Positions 38,701-48,390 of a stretch of 64,000 bases of DNA are shown here, piece by piece (the first letter of the stretch is position 1; each line of letters opens with the position of its first letter). The stretch lies in NCBI GenBank assembly GCA_051362555.1, contig CM120640.1, positions 46,044,788 to 46,108,787 of the forward strand, in the 5' to 3' direction. This DNA is from Lingula anatina. Taxonomy: Eukaryota; Animalia; Brachiopoda. The notes under the pieces were generated by a model, which worked only from the letters and a program-made list of their open reading frames with translations, was not told the DNA's origin and did not search any database. Both the position numbers and the translations under genes were made by a program.

Positions 38701-41700
38701 AAAATGGCATACAGGAATGATGACATGGATCATCCAAGGGTTTTCAAATACACAACCACACAGTCATATTATTTGTGCATTCTTGCAATATCCTTAATTC
38801 TTTTCCACATTTCAGAAGTGACTAACTTAAAACCAGGCATCTTTAAAATAGGACAATCAAGACTTAAATGTTCTCTAGCTCTCTTAGATCCTTTACTCTT
38901 AAAAAAAACTCACGTTCTAAAAGCATAGTAGTTGACTTCCTTGATGCCTGCATGTCCTTTTGCACCAATATCTATAAACTGCTGTTCCCAGGCAAGTGCA
39001 TCTACACTTTCCTGTCATAAAAAATTATGCATAAGAAAACATTTGTGTCTAATGGAGATCTTTTCAAAGATGCACAGTGTTACTTTGCCAAAATAAGCAA
39101 GGAACAGTCAGGCAACACTTTCATAGTTGCCAACTCTTCACACAAATGCCTCTCGTTTTTAAATATCAATACCCATTGTTATTAGTGTTTCTATCATTAA
39201 TATGACATATTAAACATTTATATTCACATTTAGATAATATTGATTACATTGTACTTGCTAGAACAAAAATGCACTTATTGTCTATTTACATAGAACCTTT
39301 TCATGTACGTCATGCATTATATCTTAGTGATACAGCTGTACTGGTATGAGTTGAGAGGTTCTACCACAAAATTTGCGCTACAGAGGACTTAATTCTCCAT
39401 TTGAGTACTTCTCAACAGGTTTGCTTCCTGCTGTTTTAAGGGATAACAACTCTTTATACGAGATTCAAAACACCACTTTAAAGACATTGTAAACAAATAG
39501 AAATATAATAAATTCCATTTTACCACCAAAACAGCAGTTATCACAATTATTCTAAAATCTGTGCTTGCCATTAAAGCACATGGACCGTCATAGAGGCTAC
39601 CCTCTGTAATAATATCTAAAGAGATTATTTAAAAAAAAAACAATCTGCTAATTATGAATGTCAGAATGGATTCATTGACCATTGGAAAAGTATGGGAAAA
39701 TTGTCATCTACCCCAGGAATATCCATTTTATGAAAGATTTCCCACCAAAATGAAGGGTTGTTATCCCTTTATGCAGGAGTTAATAAATTGGCTGTGTCGA
39801 GCACAGGGGGTCCATTACATATACATTAAATGTTTTGTTTGTTTTTTTTTTTGTTTACGTGTGTGTGTGATATTTATTATCACTGCATGTATCATATACT
39901 TACAGCAGATTCATCATTGATAAAATATGTCATGGTTGTCGCTTCGGCTGATATTATCTTTCCATTGGCATCTTTTGTTATCGCTCCAAGAACTTTACTG
40001 ACATTGTAGTCATTAAAAAACACTGGGCTGAAATATAAAGAGTAAAATATCCTTAAAATATAAATCTCTTCACAGATTTTTGACTTTTTGAATAAAGTAA
40101 AATAAAATACAAAGTTAACAGGAATTTTCACCTCTGAGTCACAAGAATAGAGTCCATACCATAGAGATAGAGATACAAGTCTTTGATTCTCCTCCAACAT
40201 GAAGTTATTTGTCAATAAAGTGATTTATAGCACTGATCACCCTAGGTCATTCTAAACCAAGATAGTGAAATGACACATGAATGATATGATAAACATGTTC
40301 TTATCAAGATTGTGACCATGACTCCTAATAAAATGTCATTTGTCCTCTTGTGCCTCAATATATATACACTCTACTCCAACATTTATTACAATTTACAGCT
40401 TAGATCCATTGTCCATAAGTGATATGAAAAATATATAATATTTGACCTTTAGCACTGATATGTTCCTCAGGTGGCTATGAGAAGCTAAGCAGAGAAATTT
40501 ACTTTTTTGCCTAAATATTTTTATTTTACTGTGCACAGCTGTCCATTTAATATCACTGACCTTCTTGTCACATTGTTGACCGTGTCAAGTATTTCTGCTT
40601 GTGTAAGATTTCTGATGTGCGTTTCATTAAATGACCACAACTCCAACAGACTGCTTGACCAGCAAATGCTGCCAAATATTCTGGAATAAACATAAGCATG
40701 CAAAGTGGATGAAATTATTCAATACAACTTCTGCAAAACTAAAAAAAAAAAAAAAAAAAAAAAACACTACCCACCAGTTACACAGTAAATGTGGTACTTT
40801 AAGACAGACTAACAACAGTTATCCTTCAGTATACTGTGAAATTATCTCCAGCTAGTCCACATATTTTTAATGTGGTTATCTTTCCAATATAAAACACAAA
40901 CTGACAGAATCAGGAGGAGGATAGCAAATTGATCATTTAAGACAAATGAATCCACATTTAATTTTCACATCATATTTATATTTTGCCATGTTCATACCTT
41001 TAAAATCCCCAAGAACTCAAAGAGAATACATCATATCATATCATATGGGCATGCCATAAAGGTCAGTTAGAGTAATCTGACATGATAATAATAAATTCAG
41101 ATACTAAGATTTATTATTTTAGCAAGAAATCAATTTTGAATTTTGACTTGTCCTCATTAATTTTGCACCTTTCAGAACAAGAAATGTGCACTTGACTGAG
41201 AGTGTCTGTCAAAAGAGCAAGCAGCATATGTTTCTAATCTCAAAGAAGCATTTTAGTTGCTTTATGTCTGCAAAATTGCAGTATCATTTGAAGAATTTGA
41301 TCATTTATAAATTATCACTTTTATGTGTTTTCACCATGTCTACAAACATTGTCTATTGTTATCTACAAGTCCATCACTGAAGACTTTACTCTGTGACCAA
41401 ATCATTTCAATATTTGTCAAAGCCAACAAAGCTTTCCTTATTGATGTCATCTTTAGAAAAAAATAATAATAATGCCAATTAGTGAGCTAGGTACCTAATC
41501 CCTTGTCAACCATGTAATATAACAATAGAGAAATGGCAGATGTTCTGTAAACAAATATCCATTTAACCTGGCATACAGCTCCACATCTTAATGCTGAATA
41601 AGCCCCAGGCACATAAATATAAATCATATCCAAGCTGCCCTTATTTTGGCCAAAAACAAAAATTATAGTCCAATGTCTATCTTTTAAAACTTAGTCAGTG

Positions 41701-43582
41701 ATCAAGCTTGGTAAATATTTTATATATCTATTCGTTTTCTATTCTACTTCATATCATAATTGGAATTTGTTAAGTATAAGGTAAAATTTAATGTCCTGGA
41801 TTGAATTAACCTAAAAATGGGATTTTAACTTACTACAGCAGATGTACATGCAGGTATGTGCATTTACCATTAATGAGGATTTTTTTCTCTGAGTGCATAA
41901 AAATATGCACCCACTTCATTGCATTATATGTTGTATATTAATACAACGTAACCAATAAATTTGCATAAATTTTGACTGGAAGAAAATATGTATGTCAGTA
42001 ACAGTCTGTAAGCAAACCTACTTGGTACATATACTAGTCCAGTTATAACTGCTGCTGTTGATAGCCTTGATGCTTATATCTATATCCAGCATCTGAAAAA
42101 AAAGATAAAATTGTGACATAAATCTCACTTAACAATAGACCAAGTTTCAATTTTCTCTTTATGTATTTATAATTTGTTCATTTCTACATAAACTATGTAA
42201 CTTGTTGGTCCCCATTATCATCTTATTTTTCTAGATAAAAAAAACATTCCTGACAGATACAATCCAAAGTTTTCAATTTTAAACTTGTCTTAAAACTTAT
42301 AAGGCTTTGTTGTTTAATCAACACTGAGATCAATTTCTAAATCAAAGTTTACAGCAATACATTTCAATGATTTCTTACTTATTTTATTTTATAAGTAAGA
42401 AATCATTGATATGTATTGTTGTTTAAAAACATCATTAATTTTTTTGAAAAATATATCCAAACTTACAGCATTTAAAACCTTTGGTGTTAAAACATTATCA
42501 TCCACTACCATCATGGACTGGAACCTGGTAACTGAAGGGTAGTACTTAGAGACCCAATCCATGTGATCCACAGATGGCGATCCATATGGGACCCATAGAT
42601 TTTCTACGGCATCTTCTTGGTAGAATTTCATAAACCCTATTCCACACAGGGCAACAAACACAATGGAGATTAATATAGTAACCCATGGGTATGTTCCTAT
42701 TGCTTGCCCCAACCTGGAAAATACAATTAAGAAAAAAGAAAGAAAAAAATACAATCTTAAAAATAAATCCTTTTTTTCAAGATGGACATTTGAAACCTTA
42801 AATTAAAATTAAATAAAAAAGTAAATTGTTTAAGTTTTTGTATGGATATTGTTCCATGTGAGAGCAATATTTGGGCAAAACTTTAAGAAAATAGTTTAAA
42901 AGGAAAGATATTAATAGTAAGTGAGCATTTCTGAAATGCTAAAAATGAACAGTTTTTGTAAATTTCAATTTCAAAACTCTTCTTTATCTTTGGATATATT
43001 GAAAAATTCAATCAAAATAATATAAAATAAATAATTGATCCATAAATTACTTCCTAAATAATTGAACTTTTTTTTTGTTTAAAAAAATTAATGAATTTGA
43101 AATTTTTCAATTATAAATATCAAGTGGACATTTCCAAAGGATACTTTGTCCACTGTCTAAAACTACTACAGAAAAAATAACAAAAGGCTAAATAATACTA
43201 TCCAATAAGAAAATCATGTATCATATTTATAAATCATTTTCTTCTTCTGAAATACTTAATGTCATTTCAATACAGTTTTAAATTCTGAATTTTTATCGAA
43301 TTTCTTACTGGAATGTTAAACTCAATTTTTCCCAGGTTACTGACCCATATCATATGCTTGAGGAGAATATGCAGAATATGTATGGAAGGAGAAAATTATA
43401 TTTATTACATAAAAAATTTCTTAATTATATTCAATTTCTATATATTATTTCTTATCATATGTTATATTTTACACATTTAAATCTAATGCACTAAAATGTA
43501 TATATAACATTAATTAATTAATGTCTTCATTATGCAATAACCTGAAAATTTTCTCATGAATGAAAATGTTAGCAAGTTAATT

Positions 43583-43628
<46 letters not shown>

Positions 43629-44198
43629 TACTACCCGGTAGCTTGTATAAGGTGCATCCAGTACGCTCACTGGTGTGTCTGAATAATGCGTTAATTTTTT
43701 TTAAATTCACGTTTAATGACATTTACTAGTAATTCAGTAACGTATTATTGAAATCTAGATCTAAATGTAGACCTAGGGCTAGCCTGAAGAGATAATCAAA
43801 ACTGCACAGGTAGGAGCCACAAAGGGTTTGAGGAATACACGACTCTCACAGACGTCTTTTTTAGCTATTGGAGATTCCTCGAAAGAAAGGGACTCTCGGC
43901 TTCATTTGACAAATCACACACGTCTTCTGTGAACTGCCGTATGGAATCTATTCATCTCTTGAAACTTTTTTTATTCGTTTCCGTCTGTTGTTCATACAAA
44001 ACAGATTCGACTTCTATGATTTCTCCATTTCCACTTATTTGCACAGACGTACTGGCAATGTTATTGTTACCTGTAAAATGCGGTCTCCAGTCCATTGACG
44101 ATCACATTGCTGACTTTTCTCAGGCACATACAATCACAAAAAGAGCATGTTTTCTTCACCTCCTTCTTCTCATCAAAATCAGACGTCTTGCCTGTCAT
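32479..44198 (-). CDS. Patched-domain-containing (PTCHD3-like/NPC1-related) sterol-sensing RND membrane protein; 19 coding exons, about 988 aa
   Basis: Nineteen GT-AG exons join with consistent phases to 2967 nt. Motifs include SSD/TM4 LPFLLLGIGVDDAF, AGVAITVTSITDFVAF, TM10 AIGLAVDYAAH, GPAVFNGGFSTF and FHGLIYLPVILS. Orthology was not tested. Confidence 0.93.
33349..33546 (-). CDS. Patched-domain gene exon 18
   Basis: VFFGVVVYGLFHGLIYLPVILSWLGP...MYDK with AG/GT borders. Confidence 0.92.
33797..33918 (-). CDS. Patched-domain gene exon 17
   Basis: (E)RAKTTIGDMGPAVFNGGFSTFLAFVLLAFSGSYVFQVFFK with AG/GT borders. Confidence 0.92.
34007..34090. repeat. (ATC)n/(AAT)n imperfect microsatellite, intronic
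   Basis: atcatcatcatcattatcataataattataataatataat... Confidence 0.8.
34196..34340 (-). CDS. Patched-domain gene exon 16
   Basis: VDVGGLMYFWGLTIDSVTTVNTILAIGLAVDYAAHIGHMFMTELGTRN. Confidence 0.92.
34710..34835 (-). CDS. Patched-domain gene exon 15
   Basis: VIQIELYRNIGLAFACVFLVTLILIANIWTCILVLTCVVMTL|gtgagt. Confidence 0.92.
35226..35381 (-). CDS. Patched-domain gene exon 14
   Basis: ASQIFMKHKDFPDAQTEVKAMDNLRSIADGLGLPSDKCFAYSRSYLNWESNK. Confidence 0.9.
35713..35837 (-). CDS. Patched-domain gene exon 13
   Basis: (N)KWPSNETNFYRLLRAFILWVPSGRRYISYVNMTDTEPYKLK|gtaagt. Confidence 0.88.
36142..36306 (-). CDS. Patched-domain gene exon 12
   Basis: (G)EIDYYRNFSYLEEAY...TLVYLNA; phase 1 at both ends. 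Confidence 0.88.
36624..36801 (-). CDS. Patched-domain gene exon 11
   Basis: IIVLVATLGLLGVNVYGLINLKQDFDFNWFIPSDSY...ASIYF. Confidence 0.92.
37052..37300 (-). CDS. Patched-domain gene exon 10
   Basis: ILPALRSFCIFAALGILGLYIFQATFFVAC...LLKLPVK. Confidence 0.92.
37644..37816 (-). CDS. Patched-domain gene exon 9
   Basis: (G)IGVDDAFVIIQSW...AGVAITVTSITDFVAFAIGATT. Confidence 0.93.
37998..38121 (-). CDS. Patched-domain gene exon 8
   Basis: IWLALGCVLAVGMSIIMSFGLSSAFGVAYGPVHSVLPFLLL. Confidence 0.92.
38563..38683 (-). CDS. Patched-domain gene exon 7
   Basis: (T)RSDEGGGAIFGDLTLLSVGYFLIIIFVAIVLGTFNCVEHR. Confidence 0.92.
38914..39011 (-). CDS. Patched-domain gene exon 6
   Basis: ESVDALAWEQQFIDIGAKGHAGIKEVNYYAFR; AWEQQF resembles the family's WExxF motif. 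Confidence 0.88.
39904..40027 (-). CDS. Patched-domain gene exon 5
   Basis: (S)PVFFNDYNVSKVLGAITKDANGKIISAEATTMTYFINDESA. Confidence 0.9.
40561..40680 (-). CDS. Patched-domain gene exon 4
   Basis: (K)IFGSICWSSSLLELWSFNETHIRNLTQAEILDTVNNVTR. Confidence 0.9.
42022..42092 (-). CDS. Patched-domain gene exon 3
   Basis: MLDIDISIKAINSSSYNWTSICT; phases 0 and 2 fit the neighbouring exons. Confidence 0.85.
42467..42713 (-). CDS. Patched-domain gene exon 2 (TM1)
   Basis: (R)LGQAIGTYPWVTILISIVFVALCGIGF...ENLWVPYGSPS...NVLTPKVLNA. Confidence 0.93.
43587..43626. repeat. (CA)n microsatellite
   Basis: About 19 perfect CA units. Other simple repeats lie near 19370 (TG), 22991 (A), 25086 (CA) and 26548 (GATA). 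Confidence 0.9.
44071..44198 (-). CDS. Patched-domain gene exon 1 (start)
   Basis: MTGKTSDFDEKKEVKKTCSFCDCMCLRKVSNVIVNGLETAFY, then AG|gtaac; phase 2 matches exon 2. Confidence 0.88.
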
Positions 44199-44289
44199 GT
44201 CAAGCTTAATTTTGGGTCAGTATAACCATCAAAATCATCCTGTCAGGGCTTATATTTATTTTCAATAGCCTACCGCTTTCCTGTCCTTT

Positions 44290-44420
44290 CGCTACTTATA
44301 AAACCAAGGTCAAGGGCGTTGTTTCATGAATACGTTTGCGATTGGTTCGCGTCAGAACTAAGTGTTTTGATTGGGCGAAAGTAATCAATAGTGAAAATAC
44401 TCACGTAGCGATACACGTGC
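44290..44420 (-). promoter_or_regulatory. Putative proximal promoter of the Patched-domain gene
   Basis: TATA-like TTATAAG near 44295-44301 (minus). Two minus-strand CCAAT boxes near 44341-44345 and 44370-44374. E-box CACGTG near 44414. CCAAGGTCA at 44304-44312. CpG-normal context. Confidence 0.5.
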
Positions 44421-44550
44421 TTCCTGGGAGGGGATCAATAAAATTGTTCGAGTGCAAATAATTAAACGATGTTTCAACGTGAGTTTGCATCGGAGCAATA
44501 ACGCACAAAGCAACACGCCATAAAAGTTGTAAAGGCAAAATCGTCACTAG

Positions 44551-44799
44551 GGGCTCATTCCCATTTAAATTATCGGTCTACGTAGATCGATTCAACTCCG
44601 CAGGGACACTCGCTGAATGCAATCAGATAAACAGATTAACACGCATTCTCTTGTTTTCAACGTATTCGTATAGTCACCAGCTTTTCTGAATTCTACTCAA
44701 CTCCAGGAGGAGGCGTGTTAATTTGCTTATCTGATTGCATTCAGCGAGAGCACCTACGGAGCTGGATCGATCTACGATAATTTCATTGGGGCTGAGCCC
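44551..44799. mobile_element. Harbinger-like fold-back MITE, 249 bp
   Basis: About 90-bp imperfect TIRs: gggctca..aaattatcg..tagatcga..ctcgctgaatgcaatcagataa..attaacacgc and its reverse complement. Flanks are tag and taa. Confidence 0.88.
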
Positions 44800-46620
44800 T
44801 AAGAAAGCCGACACAACCTTACCCCCTACTGTTAGTATTTTACCCCACTTAAAATTGTAAAATAAAACAACACTGTATTCAAATTTGCATGTTTCGTTGA
44901 TTTTGAATGGGCTGCAGAACAGGTAGAAATAAGTTGGCCTAAAACGGAGATCTTTGGGGTGAAATTAGGTCTTTACGAAGGGGAGTTCGACTGCCTTTTT
45001 ACACACACATTCACTCACACACACACAAAGAGTCCATCAACAAATAAGCCTGTCTGTCGTCTGATCATCGAATTAAAACCGCGCGGTCTTTTACGGAGCA
45101 TGAGGAATTAAAGTTTTTTACCAATATAATTAATATAAATAGGGTGTATAGAATATGCTGTTTTATCAATACGTGTAGGTTGTTTTAGACAAGTGTGTGC
45201 CATTTCAGATACTGTACAAAAGCAGCGCATATGCTAAACATGGTCTTAGACTTGTTCAAATGTTCTTTAATTTCATCAGTATAAGCATAATCAGTATTTA
45301 AGTAAATACAAGAAAACTAAGGGCTCTGTGGATCATGCAGACTTAGACTGGACCTGCTAAATCACAGTGCCTAAGCAGTTATGCAAACAATTACCAGCCA
45401 TGTAATCAGCCTTGAGATTTCTCAACAGGGTGACTTCAGACCAAAATGACCATCTATCTAGCTAGAGACATATCTGTGAATATCTGTGAAAAATCTATCA
45501 GTCGCCCTGGTAGAGGGTACCAGAAGCCCGCTTTTCAAGTAGGCCTATATTGTCCGGGAAGGGGGGGGGGGGTAGCAGATGCAAACCTTTACTTGAAATG
45601 ACTTGTTCACACTTGCTGGTAATACTGCGGTAACATAGGCGTAGACAGTACCTATTTGTCAAATCGACCATTTATATATTCACTGGCGAAATTGTTCATC
45701 TTTCTATCTTAGTTAAGAAATTAATAACATTTTCGGCGCGCTCCTTTTAACGCGTTTTTATGTACAGGTATATAATGAGATGTTGAATTTAATCAATGAA
45801 CACGATTGGAGGTAATATACCTGTATATTTTGTCTGATGAACGCATTAATCAATCTCCGACAAAGTTCCCCACTGTTTTGACGCATTCATCAACCATGAT
45901 TTTTTTTTCATTTTGAATTAACTAATGTTTAGCGATTTACTACGTGTAGCATGTACTAGTTTATCGAAAATCTCCAACAATTAAATGAATAATTCAGTTA
46001 AATCTTAAGTTGCACGGAAAATATTTGCAGATAGATCAATATCATTTAAGAGAAATACCATCAGTTAGGACCTTGCCTTTGACGAACCACATGGAGGACG
46101 AGGACACAAAAGAAACAAGAAAAGCGGAGGACTCGAAAACCCGTGAGATAATAAGGTTGGAAGGAAGGGACAAAGAGAGCAAGATTATTTTTCCATTGAA
46201 AAGCTTTTAGGTACTCTATAGGTCATAGGTAAAAAGGGCATTGGTTGCTATATCATTATTAACTGCACTTTAAACTTTATATATGTATATATAAAAACGC
46301 ATTTCATAATTTTTTCGTTCCCACAGATTCTTCGATAGGTATGCATGCTTACACATTGTATTCTCTGTTTACCGTATGAACATCCGAATGACCAAAAATT
46401 GAAAGGTGTTTTCAAAACTTATAAAAACGCAATTGTTTTATTTTCATTGTTTGATTAAAAGCACAGCAAGAGTCTCTGGACGATCAACATCGCACAGAGG
46501 TACATCGTAGGCCTACATGTAGAGCCTTTGTTTAACTCAAAAGTGTCGGTGTTGAAAGAAAACTAACAGCTTACTCAATCTTTTTCATGTTTTCTTATGT
46601 GTTAAAAATCTTTAATCAGG

Positions 46621-47352
46621 CTATTCGTAATAAACCACGTACACTAGTCCTATAGCGTATAGAGTTTTATTACTGTATACCCCACAAGCGTAGTTGTCCC
46701 ACCGCTGATCCCAGATACAACGGGAAACGACCTGCATGGCCTGGTGCTGCTTTTCTGTGATCATCACAGACGTCACAATTTTAAACCTCTCTAAATTCAT
46801 TTCCTTGATCCTGTCTTTAATCATATCACTCAAAGTTCTACACTTTCGGTTCATTATATTAGGGTCGTACTTCTTATCGTGAAGATTTTGTTCCAGGACA
46901 TTTTCAATAATCTGCCGAGCTTCTCGTTCCGGGAATCGACAGTCTGGTTCCAGTTTGTAGGTGTTCTCGAACTCCACGGGCATGTTGTTGGGGTTGAAAT
47001 CGGACTTGTCGTCTGCTAGACCCATGGCCGCCCTCTGTCGGCTATTCCCGGGAGTAGGGTTTCCACTGGACAGACCGTCTTTTCCGTGCCATGTTCCTGC
47101 TCGTGGTCGATGTCCCCTCTGACCCGAGATTTGATCTCCAGGTGGATGTTGATGTTGTTGATGTGGGTGGGCGTGCCCATCCTGATGTTGATGTGGGTGT
47201 GCGTGCCCATCTCGATGTTGATGTGGGTGTGCGTGTCCATCTCGATGTTGATGCTGTGCGCGCGGATGTGGATGTTGGGGACGGGGCCCATGGTGTTTAT
47301 GGCTGTGTACAGACGAATCACCTTTTTGTTTGTTCAAAGATTCCACGCTCAT
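46621..47352 (-). CDS. Tctex1-domain dynein light chain (Tctex1d/DYNLT-like), 243 aa, single coding exon
   Basis: The C-terminal domain ENTYKLEP..F...LEQNLHDKKYDP...LSDMIKDRIKEMNLERFKIV...SRCIWDQRWDNYA...NKTLYAIGLVYVVYYE is typical of the Tctex-1 family. In-frame stops lie upstream of the ATG, with a splice acceptor near 47386. Confidence 0.93.
   Translation of the reverse strand: MSVESLNKQKGDSSVHSHKHHGPRPQHPHPRAQHQHRDGHAHPHQHRDGHAHPHQHQDGHAHPHQQHQHPPGDQISGQRGHRPRAGTWHGKDGLSSGNPTPGNSRQRAAMGLADDKSDFNPNNMPVEFENTYKLEPDCRFPEREARQIIENVLEQNLHDKKYDPNIMNRKCRTLSDMIKDRIKEMNLERFKIVTSVMITEKQHQAMQVVSRCIWDQRWDNYACGVYSNKTLYAIGLVYVVYYE
47150..47255 (-). repeat. 30-bp coding tandem repeat (x3) encoding HQH[R/Q]DGHAHP
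   Basis: gatgttgatgtgggtg[t/g]gcgtg[c/t]ccatc repeats with a 30-nt period. Confidence 0.92.
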
Positions 47353-47880
47353 CTTTCAGGCTTATCTTCTGCGTCTTCCGTGATACTGGAGGAAAACAAG
47401 CATCCCTAGTTATGCGACAGGTATATTTAATTCCAGTGCACAAAAATAAGTTAATTATAACTTTCTAACTGATTTTTACTAATAACAGATTCTACTAGTA
47501 GGCCTACATCATTAAAGCAAGTGTATGTATATATCTCAAGATCTGGAAATAGAGCCTTTGCGGATACCTACAGCGATGAAAATACGATACATACCAATTA
47601 CTGGACTTGATAATTACGAAGATGCGACCTTAGTAGCCCGTCATCGATTTAGAAAATTTTAAAAAGAAAGCAAATTACTCCAAAGGGCGTCTGAAACGCC
47701 GCCCTACTTGATTTTTTCCGTGTGTTGTGAAAATGCAGGTGCTTGGTGACTGCCAGTCGGCTAGTGCTTCCTTTAATTGAATTCAATTAACAATTTGTAT
47801 CCGCGCCCTTATCAGGAGTTTATTATGTATTTCGTCTTTATCTGCAATTTATAACTCTGCCCTCAAAACAGTCTATGCCA

Positions 47881-47893
47881 GTTGCCTGGTAAT
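47881..47893. promoter_or_regulatory. Candidate RFX X-box upstream of the Tctex1-domain gene
   Basis: GTTGCCTGGTAAT has one mismatch to GTTGCC-N-GGYAAC and lies about 530 bp upstream of the ATG. Confidence 0.4.
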
Positions 47894-48390
47894 CCATTAC
47901 GGCATGCGTACACATAACTGTGTATTGTATGTCTCCAATCGGCAAATTTTCAGGATTGAGATTACAAATCAAAAGTCAGTCGGTGTGAAGAGGAAGTGTT
48001 TTATGCCAAGGCATAATCCAGTGGCGAGTTTTCAGTCAGTTAACAGCTACTGGTGAATGTGTAGTAGATGGATAGTGAAACAGCTCACACAGCGAAACCA
48101 ACTTCTTCCAGGATGTTTGGAATTGGGTAAAAACAAAATACAGTATAACAGGGATAAATAAAACATTTATTGTCATTGTAAAATACAGTGTATGACAAAA
48201 GGTTAGGGTTTCAAATGTTAAGATATGGACACTGGCCCTTTAAAGCTCTATTGATCTTTTTTTTTCTCGTAATTCTCCGCAGGATTCAACCATATATTAT
48301 ATTTAAATTGTGCTCGCCTTCTATTTGCGTATTATCTTTATTTTTATTATAATTACTAATTACATGTCCTTTAATCTCACGCGTTTCAAT

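Noticed and set aside
47016-47468. Alternative-frame and antisense ORFs with VDVDV or MLMLM repeats
   Set aside because: Shadow frames of the 30-bp His repeat in the Tctex1 CDS.
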